Virus record (IMG/VR): IMGVR_UViG_3300031616_000001
Location: 32,001 to 96,000 of that record
Direction: 5' to 3' (one strand)
DNA: 64,000 nt
From: a virus
The position numbers and the translations under genes were made by a program. Position 1 is the first letter of the stretch. The number at the start of each line of letters is the position of its first letter. Under the pieces are notes generated by a model. The model did no database searches and was not told the origin of the DNA. It saw only the letters and a list, made by a program, of their open reading frames with translations. Below, one piece after another: positions 1 to 9,375 of the stretch.

Positions 1-179
1 TCGGTACCGGCTTCAACGAGCAAGGCGTAGCCTTGCCGAATCATTCCGGCGACTACCCGAGCCGCGCGAATGCGCTCTGCCGGATTGGACTTGTCGAAGC
101 TGATCTTGATGTCGCCGGCTCCGACGCTGAGGATCCCGACGGAACCGGGTGCACCGGCGTATTGGATGGAGCGAGTCAT
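1..179 (-). CDS. Hypothetical phage protein, truncated at window edge (MTRSIQYAGAPGSVGILSVGAGDIKISFD...)
   Basis: ATG at 179 just after stop of upstream gene; frame open to position 1. Confidence 0.6.
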   Translation of the reverse strand, partial: MTRSIQYAGAPGSVGILSVGAGDIKISFDKSNPAERIRAARVVAGMIRQGYALLVEAGT

Positions 180-181
180 GA

Positions 182-469
182 TCAAAAGTCCTCGTCGAGC
201 GTCACAACAACCGAGCCGCGGATCTGGTGTGTCGTGCCGGGGTAGCAGTTCTTGAGATAGAGCTCCGTTGCCTTGGCGTTGACTGGCAAGTTCTTCGAAT
301 GACCGAGGTCATCGACGAACATCACGATGCCGCGGCCGAGGTGCCGCAACTGCACGGTGTCCAGCGCGTCGGCGCCGATCAGCGCGCGGATCAGCGCGCG
401 GATCGTGGTGGTGGATTGCGGGCCGTCGAGATTGGTCTCGGTGCCATCGCATCGGATCAGGCGGCGCAT
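182..469 (-). CDS. DUF3846-like small phage protein
   Basis: MRRLIRCDG...MFVDDLG..KNLPVNAKAT..IRGSVVV pattern; start overlaps upstream stop. Confidence 0.6.
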   Translation of the reverse strand: MRRLIRCDGTETNLDGPQSTTTIRALIRALIGADALDTVQLRHLGRGIVMFVDDLGHSKNLPVNAKATELYLKNCYPGTTHQIRGSVVVTLDEDF

Positions 470-633
470 CACGACTGCACCTCCGACTCGTTCTCGGCGA
501 CGACGATCTGCACGAGATCGACGGATATGCCGAGGGCCTGTGCGACCACGGCGCAGGCCTCGTCGTGATCGGAACCGCGCTTGACGGCGCGGGCGTAGGC
601 GTCGAGCACCCGCTTGCGTTCGATGATCGTCAT
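469..633 (-). CDS. Hypothetical protein (54 aa, MTIIERKRVLDAYARA...)
   Basis: Fills gap, translationally coupled at both ends. Confidence 0.55.
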   Translation of the reverse strand: MTIIERKRVLDAYARAVKRGSDHDEACAVVAQALGISVDLVQIVVAENESEVQS

Positions 634-1496
634 GACGTCGCCAGCACATGATCGCGTGCCACCTTGAAGCCGGCGGCATGCAGGTGGCCGCCACCGCCGT
701 ACTCGACGGCGATCGCGCTGACGTCGATGCCATCGGGTGCCGAACGCAGGCCGAAGATGCGCGATTCAGCTGTGTCCCAGTACGTCGCCGCGAAAGGCCT
801 GCCGACAGCCAACGTGCCGGCGGCATCGCTCACCATCGTGTAGGGCAGTGAAGCGACTGGCACGAAGTAGCCGCCGATCTGCATCTCGCGTGTGCAGACC
901 TTCAGAAGCTCGGCGATGTCCTTGTGATGCTTGCGCTCGATCGCCGCGCCGGCCACGGTCATCTTCAGCAGCTCCGCCTGATCGGCAGACATGAGCCGAT
1001 CCCATTGGTCGAAGGTGTACTCGTAGCTGAAGACGTTGGCCTGGATCTCGCGGGTGTTCGGCAACTTGAAGCGCCATAGATCGCGGTCCTCGATGTGCCC
1101 AAGCAGTAGCGGTCGGTCCTCGCCAGGGAAAAGAAAGTCCCATGCGAGAGTTGCGCCACTGCGATCCAGATCGCAGTACCAGACCGCTTTGCGAGCCACC
1201 CCGTAGGCCATGGCATCGAACTCGTGCGGCTCGAAGACTGGACGCAGGTCTTCGATGGCGGTCTTGTGGTGGTCGATCAGCGTAACGCTGTTGGCCTGCT
1301 CCAGCATCCGAGCCACCACCGGCGCCTTGTAGCTGAAGTCCACCAAGTACACGTCGCGGCCGGTCACGTCGGGCGGGTCTTGCTGATACACGCCTGCCAC
1401 GTAGTCTGCGCCGGCGCGATACTTGCGCCAGAAGCACCAGGCGGCGCTGAAGCCATCTGCGCAATTGCCGTGGTAGATGATGAGAGGTCTGGTCAT
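630..1496 (-). CDS. DHH/DHHA1-family phosphoesterase
   Basis: YHGNCADG, VDFS, IDHH and C-terminal GGGGHLHAAGF motifs. Confidence 0.9.
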   Translation of the reverse strand: MTRPLIIYHGNCADGFSAAWCFWRKYRAGADYVAGVYQQDPPDVTGRDVYLVDFSYKAPVVARMLEQANSVTLIDHHKTAIEDLRPVFEPHEFDAMAYGVARKAVWYCDLDRSGATLAWDFLFPGEDRPLLLGHIEDRDLWRFKLPNTREIQANVFSYEYTFDQWDRLMSADQAELLKMTVAGAAIERKHHKDIAELLKVCTREMQIGGYFVPVASLPYTMVSDAAGTLAVGRPFAATYWDTAESRIFGLRSAPDGIDVSAIAVEYGGGGHLHAAGFKVARDHVLATS

Positions 1497-1498
1497 GG

Positions 1499-1999
1499 TC
1501 AGTCGCTCGATGAGCTCGAAGATGAATCTGAGGAACTCGAATCTCTGCTCGACGAATTCGATTCGGGAGTGGTTGTCGGCGGATCGCTCGGCGTCGCCTT
1601 CGGCTCATCCCAGCTGTCGCTGGCCCCGCCGCCGGCGAACTGACCGCCGCCGCCCGAGCGGAACTCTTCAGGCGGCGGCGCCGGCTCGGCTACCGCGGCC
1701 GCCCCCATGAGTCCGAAGAGGCTCGCCGGCATCGAATCGTCGACGCGGCGATCGGTCACTGGCGGCGGGGCTGGCGGCTGACGGCTCGGAGGAGTCGTCC
1801 GCACGACGTCGCGCAGATACGGTGCCCGCGCCCACGGCCGATCGGGTTCGACGTACGCCGAGTGCGAGTGACGGCCGTATGGCCGTTTGAACTCGGCGGC
1901 ATAGTCGCGCTCCTGTCGGGTCGCGCGGAACGGATTCCACGGGAACGTGAAGAGCCGCTCGAACCAGGTGCGAGGCACCGTCTTGAAGATCTCTTCCAT
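1499..1999 (-). CDS. Hypothetical protein with Gly/Ser-rich tail
   Basis: GGAGG RBS before ATG 1999; SGGGGQFAGGGASDSW motif and poly-Ser end. Confidence 0.6.
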   Translation of the reverse strand: MEEIFKTVPRTWFERLFTFPWNPFRATRQERDYAAEFKRPYGRHSHSAYVEPDRPWARAPYLRDVVRTTPPSRQPPAPPPVTDRRVDDSMPASLFGLMGAAAVAEPAPPPEEFRSGGGGQFAGGGASDSWDEPKATPSDPPTTTPESNSSSRDSSSSDSSSSSSSD

Positions 2000-2000
2000 G

Positions 2001-2348
2001 TCAGCCTCCTGCAGCCTCGGCAGCGCGGTCGTCTCGCTCGATCTGGGCGATGAGCAGCGCCGCGGCGCGCACCAGGTCTTCGCGTCGCGTCTTCGGCTTG
2101 CACTCGGCGCGGTCCCATGGCCAGACGCCGCCGGCATAGGACTCGAGGATCCATTTGCGAGAGACATTGCTCTCATCGGGGATCGGCAGGAGTTCCGCCG
2201 CCGAGTGGATGGCGTAGTAGCTTGCGGCCAGCGCGAGCTCGCCGAGATCGTGCTCGTCGTCGTGGGCGGCGTCATAGCCTTCGCCGGCCACCTGGCGCTG
2301 GCGCTCGGCGATCACGTCGTCCTGGGCGCGGGTTTGTGTCATGCGCAT
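2001..2348 (-). CDS. Conserved phage hypothetical protein
   Basis: AERQRQ..EGY...HDDEH..GELA...WPW...R..LVRAAALLIA pattern common in proteobacterial phages. Confidence 0.7.
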   Translation of the reverse strand: MRMTQTRAQDDVIAERQRQVAGEGYDAAHDDEHDLGELALAASYYAIHSAAELLPIPDESNVSRKWILESYAGGVWPWDRAECKPKTRREDLVRAAALLIAQIERDDRAAEAAGG

Positions 2349-2358
2349 GGTCTGGTCC

Positions 2359-2523
2359 TCAGTAGCTTGGTGCGGGGTTGGTGAGGCCCGACGTCGGCGC
2401 CCGCATGTGCAGGCGTTCGTCGAGCCAGATGTCGAGGATCTCGTCGGCCGGCCGGTAGGGCAGCAGCGCATCACGGCGCAACGCCTCCTCGTTGATCAGC
2501 GGTGGCATCTCTCGCGAGGTCAT
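2359..2523 (-). CDS. Hypothetical protein
   Basis: Coupled to upstream ORF; GGAG RBS. Confidence 0.4.
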   Translation of the reverse strand: MTSREMPPLINEEALRRDALLPYRPADEILDIWLDERLHMRAPTSGLTNPAPSY

Positions 2524-2894
2524 GACCTTCTCCTGGATCTGATGTGCGCGTGCGAGCGCTTGACCCGTGCCCGCAGCGTCAACTTGGAATTGATGAGCCA
2601 GTGCGACGACGGCAGATCGACACCGACCGCGCGGTAGGCGGTGGTGATGAGAGGGATCGCCTGCAAGCGCTTCGCCCGTTCGCCTACGACGGCCCGCAGC
2701 GTTCCGAAGTGCTCGTGGTTCGCCGCGAACTCGCGGAAGAACGGCCACGCCGGCGGCGTCCACCTGGCCACGATCTCGAGTGCCATGTCTTCCACCTGGA
2801 AGCAGATGAAGTGGAAGCGCCACTTGTCGAGACGGCCACCCTTCACCACGCCCGCGGAGGGGATGGTGATGGGGCGGGCGACATCGAGCAGCAC
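2520..2894 (-). CDS. Hypothetical protein
   Basis: ORF in operon context. Confidence 0.5.
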   Translation of the reverse strand: MLLDVARPITIPSAGVVKGGRLDKWRFHFICFQVEDMALEIVARWTPPAWPFFREFAANHEHFGTLRAVVGERAKRLQAIPLITTAYRAVGVDLPSSHWLINSKLTLRARVKRSHAHIRSRRRS

Positions 2895-2906
2895 GGTGGC
2901 CCCCGG

Positions 2907-3206
2907 TCAGATCTTCGAGCTGCGCGGCTTCTCGGCCGGCCCCTTGCGGCCGGCTGCAACTGCCTCCGGCGTCCATTCGAACTCGGGCCGTTCCATGACC
3001 GGCTTGTTGCTCGTCGTATCCAAGCGATTGACGTCGAACCAATGCGAGTCGAGTGGCTTGCCGTCCTTGTCGACACCTGGGTTCACGATCGCCTGAATGC
3101 AGCCGTAGAGATCGAAACCGATGGACGTCACAGTGCCCTTGAATCCGGTCACTCGGTCTTTGACGGGCATGCCGAGCATGTCCAGATGCTTCTTGAGATT
3201 CACCAT
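2907..3206 (-). CDS. Conserved phage hypothetical protein
   Basis: LG..VKDRVTGFKG.VT....LYGC pattern; AAGGAG RBS. Confidence 0.7.
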   Translation of the reverse strand: MVNLKKHLDMLGMPVKDRVTGFKGTVTSIGFDLYGCIQAIVNPGVDKDGKPLDSHWFDVNRLDTTSNKPVMERPEFEWTPEAVAAGRKGPAEKPRSSKI

Positions 3207-3236
3207 GGTCTTCTCCTTTGGATGGATGAGGTCAGG

Positions 3237-3914
3237 TCAGTGCGTCGCTGCCGCGCCGTCGCCGGTGTTCTGTTCGATAAAGGCGTCGGTCGCAGCGCGG
3301 TGTGCATCGCTCTTCGTCTTGGTCTTCGCAGGCTTCTCGGGCTCGGCAGCCGGGCCGGTGCCGGGCGCACCGCTACCGGCAGCCGAGTCGATTGCGTCGT
3401 CTTCCAAGAGGCTCGGTGCGAGCAGCCGAATGAAGATGCTCTTCTTCTGGCTCGATCCCATCTTGCCGATGAAGCGCTCCGTGATATCCGCCGCTGACAG
3501 GATCGTGAAAGCGATGTCGACGAGACCGCCGTCATGGGGCGTGATATCGAAGTGCTTGACCTCGCAAAGCTGGACGATCATGTTCGACTCGCCGCCCGTC
3601 CCATAGTCCACGTGGAACGTGTAGCCGGTGAACTCGCGATCCCAGCGGATCGGATAGTGCAGATCCTTGAAACGAACGAATGCGAGGTCATTGGCCTCGA
3701 GTGCCATCTCGCCTTGTTCGCTCCCTTGGTCTGGGGTGGCCGAGAACAGGTGCTCGCGCAGGCTCTTGTGGAGCATGTCGAGGGCATGGTTCTTGGTGCG
3801 CCAACGGACCACAGTTCGCTGCGTAGTGACGAGAGCCTCGCCGTGCTTTTTCGAGTTGGTATCGAAGTCAACGCACAGAACTTCTGAGACGTCGGTGATT
3901 TCAAATTGGGGCAT
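3237..3914 (-). CDS. Hypothetical phage protein
   Basis: 225-aa ORF with protein-like composition. Confidence 0.65.
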   Translation of the reverse strand: MPQFEITDVSEVLCVDFDTNSKKHGEALVTTQRTVVRWRTKNHALDMLHKSLREHLFSATPDQGSEQGEMALEANDLAFVRFKDLHYPIRWDREFTGYTFHVDYGTGGESNMIVQLCEVKHFDITPHDGGLVDIAFTILSAADITERFIGKMGSSQKKSIFIRLLAPSLLEDDAIDSAAGSGAPGTGPAAEPEKPAKTKTKSDAHRAATDAFIEQNTGDGAAATH

Positions 3915-3977
3915 GGGTTGCTTTCGGTGTGGTGAAGGTACTTTGTAATGCTAAGTTACGCGGCGACTGGAATGGCA

Positions 3978-4379
3978 TCAGAAGGGCTGGTCGTTGTCGA
4001 TCTCGCGATGCGACGTCAGGAGGCGATGCCGGTCCGCGTCGGGCAAGTTGTTGATGGCCTCCTTCACGCTGTACGGTTTCATGGGCTCGTGCTTAATGTC
4101 GAATGCCGCAACTTGCGCCGTGGCTTCGTCGCACCAGTTAATCGAGTAGATCGCCGCGGCACCGAAGGATCTGGTGTGTGCTGCGATCTCGCGGATGCTG
4201 ACCACGCGCTCACCATTCCTGAATTCGCTTTCGCGCACTGTCACGGCTGGCACGTCGACGCGAATGAACGCGGTGCCTCCGAAAGCCTGCTCGTTGATGG
4301 CGCCAGCGATACGGGCGTGGCCGAAGAGCTCGACGACCGCGTAGAGCTGAGGAGACTGAAAGTCGTCGATGGAAGGCAT
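3978..4379 (-). CDS. Conserved phage hypothetical protein
   Basis: AVVELFGHARIAG...FIRVDVP...AIYSI pattern; AGGAG RBS. Confidence 0.7.
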   Translation of the reverse strand: MPSIDDFQSPQLYAVVELFGHARIAGAINEQAFGGTAFIRVDVPAVTVRESEFRNGERVVSIREIAAHTRSFGAAAIYSINWCDEATAQVAAFDIKHEPMKPYSVKEAINNLPDADRHRLLTSHREIDNDQPF

Positions 4380-4491
4380 TCTTTGGCTCCTGCGAGGATT
4401 GAAGAAAAAAGGGCGGCCTTGCGGCGCGATCGGGGAATGGGTTCAGGGAGGGAGGAGGTTGTCCCGATCGGCGCGCCCCGGAAAATGGTTG

Positions 4492-5049
4492 CTAACTCGC
4501 TGGCGGCTTCGCCGGCAGTTCGACGAAATGGAACGGACCGGCCACGCCGGTGCTGAACGTCACGGCCGCATCCAGACCTGCCTGCAGACGTGCCATCGGA
4601 TCGGCGACGCCGCGCAGTGCGTGCATCGCGCCCATGGCGTAGCTTTCACCGCATCCGACGGCTGTGATGTCGTCGATGCACTCGGCGACCTGGAAGTCGC
4701 TGTGGATCGTGAACAGACTTCCGCGGAAGCCGACGATGAAGACACCGCCTTCATCGCGCCCGTTGACCGTCGTCGCGTATCCGCCGCTTTTCAGCGTTTC
4801 TCGGATGGCCGGCACCAGCGCCTTCACGGCGTACTCGAACGGCTGCTGACCTTCGACGATCGCCGGCGGCGACAGGTTGAACTGCAACAGCTGCAGCATC
4901 CTGAATGAAGACGTGCCTCCGATGATTAGGCCGCCGTTGAGGAACACCTTGCGGTCCTTGCGAATGCGCAGGTCCCAGCCGCCGACGCCGGCGCTGTCGG
5001 CACCGAGAATGATCTTGCCCTCGTGGGCGATACCGACGATGCAAGTCAT
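4492..5049 (-). CDS. Proteasome-beta/HslV-like Ntn-hydrolase
   Basis: Starts MTCIVG...GADS, KVF, AVGCG..YAMGAM; Thr2 as putative nucleophile. Confidence 0.75.
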   Translation of the reverse strand: MTCIVGIAHEGKIILGADSAGVGGWDLRIRKDRKVFLNGGLIIGGTSSFRMLQLLQFNLSPPAIVEGQQPFEYAVKALVPAIRETLKSGGYATTVNGRDEGGVFIVGFRGSLFTIHSDFQVAECIDDITAVGCGESYAMGAMHALRGVADPMARLQAGLDAAVTFSTGVAGPFHFVELPAKPPAS

Positions 5050-5429
5050 GCCGTGACTCCTCTGCGCGCGATCTCTTGTTTCAGCGCGTCTATCTCGGAC
5101 CCCGCGAACATGGTCTGCCGCACGGTGCCATCGTTCGCCGCGTACTCGGCTAGCATGCCGGGCACGAAGCCCCACGGCCGCGCAACTAAGTGGGAGGTGC
5201 AAAGCATTTCGATACCGAGGTACGTGAAGCGCATGCCGATGGCGACTGGCGGGTCGAACGCCATCAACGCAGCCACGGCTGCAGGCAGGGGAGTCACCGA
5301 CGGAGGCGGCACCGCGGATGCGGGTGCAGCCGTCCGGCGACGTTCGGCATTGCGCCCGTCGACGCGACCGCGGACGTAGATAAACACGAACGCGACGGCG
5401 ACGTAGAGGACTGCGGTTAGGCCGTCCAT
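5046..5429 (-). CDS. Hypothetical protein with N-terminal TM segment
   Basis: Hydrophobic N-terminus; coupled to next gene. Confidence 0.55.
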   Translation of the reverse strand: MDGLTAVLYVAVAFVFIYVRGRVDGRNAERRRTAAPASAVPPPSVTPLPAAVAALMAFDPPVAIGMRFTYLGIEMLCTSHLVARPWGFVPGMLAEYAANDGTVRQTMFAGSEIDALKQEIARRGVTA

Positions 5430-5431
5430 GA

Positions 5432-7555
5432 TCAGGCGTCCACGTCGTCGAAGACACTGCGCGTGCCGTCGGCGTTCATGAGGGTGCCGTCCTCGGCATA
5501 GAACTGGCCACCCGTCAGCGGAACAGCGCGCAGCGCTGACTTGAGCGCGGCCATCTCATCGTGCGGCACGATCCATGGCCCCGGCTTGCCGGCTCGCGGC
5601 TTCAGGGCTGCCGACTTCATGACGGCGGCGACCGCGGCCAGCAAGGTTCCCGCCGTCTCCAGGTACTTCTTCATGTCGTAGAAGACCTCTGGCGGCGCAT
5701 CAGCAGCGTGCAGCTCGCCGGTCTGCCGCAGATAGCCGATGTACCCCTCATCTGAAGTGATCGAGATCGCCTGCAGCTGATAGTCGCCGAAGTACCTCTT
5801 GCTGGGGACCGATCCTGGCTCGCCGGCATAGCCAAGCGCTTGGAATCCAAGAGAGAAAACGAAGTCTGGCGTCGGTGGCAAAGCCGACGTGCGGATCTCG
5901 AGCCAGCCGACAGGCTTGTTCTGATCGAAGCCGATCAGGATGGGCACGCGCGTGGTGTCCTCGTTGAGTACGACGGGCAGCGTGCCGTCGCCGGGGCCGC
6001 CGGGCAGCGCGTCGGCGGCATCGGTCAGCGCGCCGTGAACCGTTTGGTCGCTGCCCGTCGCCATGTCGACACCGATGACAATCGTCTCACCCTGGTGCAA
6101 TACGTCAGCCATTTCGGCCGGCACGTATCCGCTCGGCGTATCGGCCAGCGCCAGCGCGGCCTTGACGTCGGCCACCTGCTCAACCAGCGGCGGCGCATCG
6201 CGGCTCGCGACCAGCTCGGCCAGGTAGCTGCGCAGGCTGACCAGCGTCGCGTCCTTCACGGCCTGCGCCGAGCCCACGAGGATCCCGAAGTTGGCGTCGT
6301 CGATTAGCCAGGCCTCGGTCTCTGCGATGATCTTCTCGACGTCGTCGACGTTGGCACCGGTGTAGTAGGGGATGCGGCCGACGTGGGCGATGACCAGCTG
6401 CTGGCGAATGCCGTCGATCTGCTGCATGGCCATTTGCGTGCGCTCGGCTGCCGCGGCTTGCTCGTCGCGAAGGCGCCGGGTTTCGGCGTCGGCGGTCTTC
6501 TGGTCGGTCTCGCGCTGCAGGACGACCCTGTGGAAGTCGTGGAGCTCATGCAGCGCCTTGTCGCGCGCCTTGACAGCCACGGCCGCGAACTCGCCGAGCT
6601 CATCGCCGACGGCAACGTGTTCGATCAACGTGACCAGCTCCAGCAGGCCGGCGGCCGACGACGTGAAGGCTCGGCGCTGGATGCGGTCGATCTCGGCCAC
6701 CAGTTCGCTTGCGGCGTCGCTGCGCGCGCGGCGATCGTCGGCGGCCCGCTGCTCGGCTGCGCGCTGCGCGTCGGCGACCCGACGCTGCTCGACGTCGGCG
6801 GCCTCGCGCTGCCGGCGCTCCTCGGCCTCGCGGGTGATGCGCTCGGCGTTCTCGCGCTCGAGTTGCGCGAGGCGCAGGCGGTTCGCTTCGGCCTCGGCTT
6901 CACGCTGCTCGGAAGACTTTGCAATGCTAAGTAAATCGGCCAACTTCAGGAGCGTCTCGGCCTTTGCGTTGACGGCGTGCGGCTCGAACTCTTCGAAGTC
7001 CGCGCCGACGACGATGCGCGCAACCATGTCGATGCGCTCCTGGATCTGCGCCGACGTCATGCCTACCGCGCGCACGGCGACGTTGGTGATGTCGGCGATG
7101 CGATCGCGGTGGCCGGCCTGGCGTTCGGCCTCGGCGGCGTCGCGCTCTGCCTTCTCACGCACCCTGCGCTGCTCGTCTGCGGTGATCTGCTGGTCGGCCG
7201 AGTTGTAGATCTCCTCGGTGATGCCGACGAATCGTTCGGCCTCGCTCTCCAGCCTGATGATCTTCTCGGCGACGCTGGCCTTCAATTCACGCTTTTTGTC
7301 GGCACAGCGCTTCTCGATGGTCGTCATCGTGCGCTTGAGCATCTGCCGATCCTTGCGGGCGCGGTCGTTGCCTTTGATCGTCGTCAAGTCGTAGGCGATG
7401 CCCTTGAGCTTGAGCATCTCGTTCAGGCCGTGGATGAGGTCCTTGTATTCCTCGAGCTCTGTCGAGACAAGTGCGACCTCGGTGCCCGGCGTTTTGTCGT
7501 CGACGACATCAGGGCCTGCCGTGCCCGCGGATTCTTCATTTTCGCTCATGGTCAC
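5432..7555 (-). CDS. Large coiled-coil phage protein
   Basis: 707 aa, E/R/A-rich helical stretches; recombination-region context. Confidence 0.7.
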   Translation of the reverse strand: MTMSENEESAGTAGPDVVDDKTPGTEVALVSTELEEYKDLIHGLNEMLKLKGIAYDLTTIKGNDRARKDRQMLKRTMTTIEKRCADKKRELKASVAEKIIRLESEAERFVGITEEIYNSADQQITADEQRRVREKAERDAAEAERQAGHRDRIADITNVAVRAVGMTSAQIQERIDMVARIVVGADFEEFEPHAVNAKAETLLKLADLLSIAKSSEQREAEAEANRLRLAQLERENAERITREAEERRQREAADVEQRRVADAQRAAEQRAADDRRARSDAASELVAEIDRIQRRAFTSSAAGLLELVTLIEHVAVGDELGEFAAVAVKARDKALHELHDFHRVVLQRETDQKTADAETRRLRDEQAAAAERTQMAMQQIDGIRQQLVIAHVGRIPYYTGANVDDVEKIIAETEAWLIDDANFGILVGSAQAVKDATLVSLRSYLAELVASRDAPPLVEQVADVKAALALADTPSGYVPAEMADVLHQGETIVIGVDMATGSDQTVHGALTDAADALPGGPGDGTLPVVLNEDTTRVPILIGFDQNKPVGWLEIRTSALPPTPDFVFSLGFQALGYAGEPGSVPSKRYFGDYQLQAISITSDEGYIGYLRQTGELHAADAPPEVFYDMKKYLETAGTLLAAVAAVMKSAALKPRAGKPGPWIVPHDEMAALKSALRAVPLTGGQFYAEDGTLMNADGTRSVFDDVDA

Positions 7556-7565
7556 TCCGTTTGAA

Positions 7566-7802
7566 TCAAAGGTCTTGGTCGCGAGCGACGCGCATGCTCT
7601 GCCGATCGCGAGCCACGTCAGCCGCGCAATCCCTGTAGAGCAACTCGCTGCACGGCTTCGGATTCATGTTCTCGTAGCACCAGCACAGGTACTGCGGGTC
7701 CTTCTCGCCGATCTGTGATGGTGTGAGGCCGGGATACTTCCGGCTGCGCGCCATCGGCGCGTGGTCGAGGTCTTCGGCGACTGTCATTTCTAGTTCCATC
7801 AA
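7566..7802 (-). CDS. Small protein resembling ExoX C-terminal/DUF3820-like module
   Basis: KYPG.T..QI..KDPQYLCW pattern. Confidence 0.5.
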   Translation of the reverse strand: MMELEMTVAEDLDHAPMARSRKYPGLTPSQIGEKDPQYLCWCYENMNPKPCSELLYRDCAADVARDRQSMRVARDQDL

Positions 7803-8284
7803 GAGGTAGGGATCTCGCGCTGCAGGCTGACCTGCTGCTTTGGCTTTGGCGGCTCGATCTCTTTCATCATGGCGGAAGCCTGTGAGAGAACGGCTGCACC
7901 AAGACGCATGACGTGCAACTGCTTGCTCTGCTCAATTTGCGTGAGCGTCTCGGCACGTACCATCGTCACACGCCGGATGCTCTTGCCTTGCTTGCGCGTG
8001 CCCTGCTTGAATCCCTTGATGTTCGTGTCCAGTCGCTCGACGCCAGTGAGCGCGCGAAAGCCGATCGTCGGAATTGCCGCGATCTCGATGTTGTGGCTGT
8101 TCAACATCTCTTTTCGCCAGGCGAGCGTGACGCACCGATAGCGGTTCGACTTCGGACTGAGCCCGATCACCGCCTCGATCTGCTCGTGCGTGAAGTCGGT
8201 GCCTTCTGCGATCTCTGGGAACGCAGTGCGCAGCTTCTTGACATCAGGGGCTGTTGGAACGCCCCCAAGAAACAACTTGCTCAT
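7799..8284 (-). CDS. Hypothetical protein, candidate accessory gene of the GGY-NN repeat locus
   Basis: AAAGGA RBS and ATG immediately follow array 4. Confidence 0.7.
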   Translation of the reverse strand: MSKLFLGGVPTAPDVKKLRTAFPEIAEGTDFTHEQIEAVIGLSPKSNRYRCVTLAWRKEMLNSHNIEIAAIPTIGFRALTGVERLDTNIKGFKQGTRKQGKSIRRVTMVRAETLTQIEQSKQLHVMRLGAAVLSQASAMMKEIEPPKPKQQVSLQREIPTS

Positions 8285-8299
8285 CTCGATTCCTTTCAA

Positions 8300-8371
8300 C
8301 TATGCGCGTAGCGCCCGTGCCCCGGCTTGCTCTGCAACGCCCGGCCACGCCTTGCCAGACCACAACAAGAC
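8300..8371 (-). repeat. GGY-NN pentamer array 4 (12 units, more degenerate) with short tail
   Basis: Minus strand: gtctt gttgt ggtct ggcaa ggcgt ggccg ggcgt tgcag agcaa gccgg ggcac gggcg ctacgcgcatag. Confidence 0.85.
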
Positions 8372-8375
8372 GGGA

Positions 8376-9038
8376 TTAGATCTCTTGAACCTCTGCGGTG
8401 AACATCCCGAACGAGCCCGGCGTCGTGCTGCCAGGTCGCCAATCGCAGAGCCCCTTATATTCGCCGGAGAAGCTCACGATCTCCTGGAGAACTCGCTTAG
8501 TGATCTGCTTGTCCCAGACGCTGATCGTTCCGGTCGCTGACCATCGATCGAAGCGGGGACGAACGCGAATGTGTTTGCTCTTGCCGATCTTGGCGCGCTT
8601 CACGAACAGGCTGAAGCCCATCGCAGCACATGCCACCTTGTGCTCGGCGAAATCTTGGACCTTCATCAGGTCTGCAATCGGCGCCCATAGCAGCGGCTGA
8701 CCGTCGATCAGAAGCGGCCAGTGCATGTCATCGACACGCATGCCACTCTGGGTCTGAGCTTTGAAAGTCTTGTTGCCGCGTCCGCCTGGCACGGGGACCA
8801 TGGCGCCGCCTTCCATCAGGCACCGCATCAGGTTGTCGACCGGAACAGTCACGAACTGTTCATCCTGGTAGCAGCTGCCGAGCCAACGCCACGCCGGTGT
8901 TCTGTCATCGCCAGCCTTGCTCGACTTTTGATTGGCGGCATCATCCTTCCATGCCGACATCCTGTCCGCCCAGTCGATATCATCAGAGTGCATCAGTAGC
9001 GGCGTCTTGCCTGTGATGGTCACTGAGAATTTCTTCAT
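8376..9038 (-). CDS. RAMP/Cas7-like putative RNA-binding effector flanked by GGY-NN arrays
   Basis: N-terminal strand VTITGKTPLLMH, central RVRPRFDRW, C-terminal Gly-rich loop G.YKGLCDWRPG...GSFGMF; AGGAGG RBS. Fold is inferred. Confidence 0.7.
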   Translation of the reverse strand: MKKFSVTITGKTPLLMHSDDIDWADRMSAWKDDAANQKSSKAGDDRTPAWRWLGSCYQDEQFVTVPVDNLMRCLMEGGAMVPVPGGRGNKTFKAQTQSGMRVDDMHWPLLIDGQPLLWAPIADLMKVQDFAEHKVACAAMGFSLFVKRAKIGKSKHIRVRPRFDRWSATGTISVWDKQITKRVLQEIVSFSGEYKGLCDWRPGSTTPGSFGMFTAEVQEI

Positions 9039-9058
9039 CGCTTCCTCCTAGAGTTGAT

Positions 9059-9135
9059 CAATGCGCATTGCGCCCTTGCCACACCACACCTTGCCCGGCC
9101 GTGCCCAGCCCGGGCGAGCCATGCCAAGCCTTGGC
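9059..9135 (-). repeat. GGY-NN pentamer array 3 (13 units) ending in palindrome CAATGCGCATTG
   Basis: Minus strand: gccaa ggctt ggcat ggctc gcccg ggctg ggcac ggccg ggcaa ggtgt ggtgt ggcaa gggcg caatgcgcattg. Confidence 0.9.
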
Positions 9136-9265
9136 TGGAGTGGTGCATTCGCACCGGCAACCATCGCACGCGACGGAAGCCGCTGTGAACAGCCCTTGCC
9201 AAGCCTGACCGCGCCGCGCCCCGCCGTGCCGAGGCTTGCCATGCCATGTCAGGCCACGCCGCGCT
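9136..9265 (-). repeat. GGY-NN pentamer array 2 (15 units) plus structured tail
   Basis: Minus strand: agcgc ggcgt ggcct gacat ggcat ggcaa gcctc ggcac ggcgg ggcgc ggcgc ggtca ggctt ggcaa gggct, then hairpins and ccggtgcgaatgcac. Confidence 0.9.
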
Positions 9266-9375
9266 AGTGCAACCGCACCGGGATAACGGCAGAACCGCCA
9301 ACCCGCTGCGTTCGCAGCCCCTGCCAGGCCGAGCCGTGCCTTGCACTGCCACGGCGTGCCATGCCGCGCCACACC
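9266..9375 (-). repeat. GGY-NN pentamer array 1 (12 units) plus structured tail
   Basis: Minus strand: ggtgt ggcgc ggcat ggcac gccgt ggcag tgcaa ggcac ggctc ggcct ggcag gggct, then hairpins and ccggtgcggttgcac. Confidence 0.9.

Noticed and set aside
377-404. 12-bp tandem duplication (IRAL IRAL)
   Set aside because: Simple in-frame slippage with no wider pattern
8300-9375. Classical CRISPR array
   Set aside because: No 23-47 bp identical direct repeats with unique spacers and no cas1/cas2
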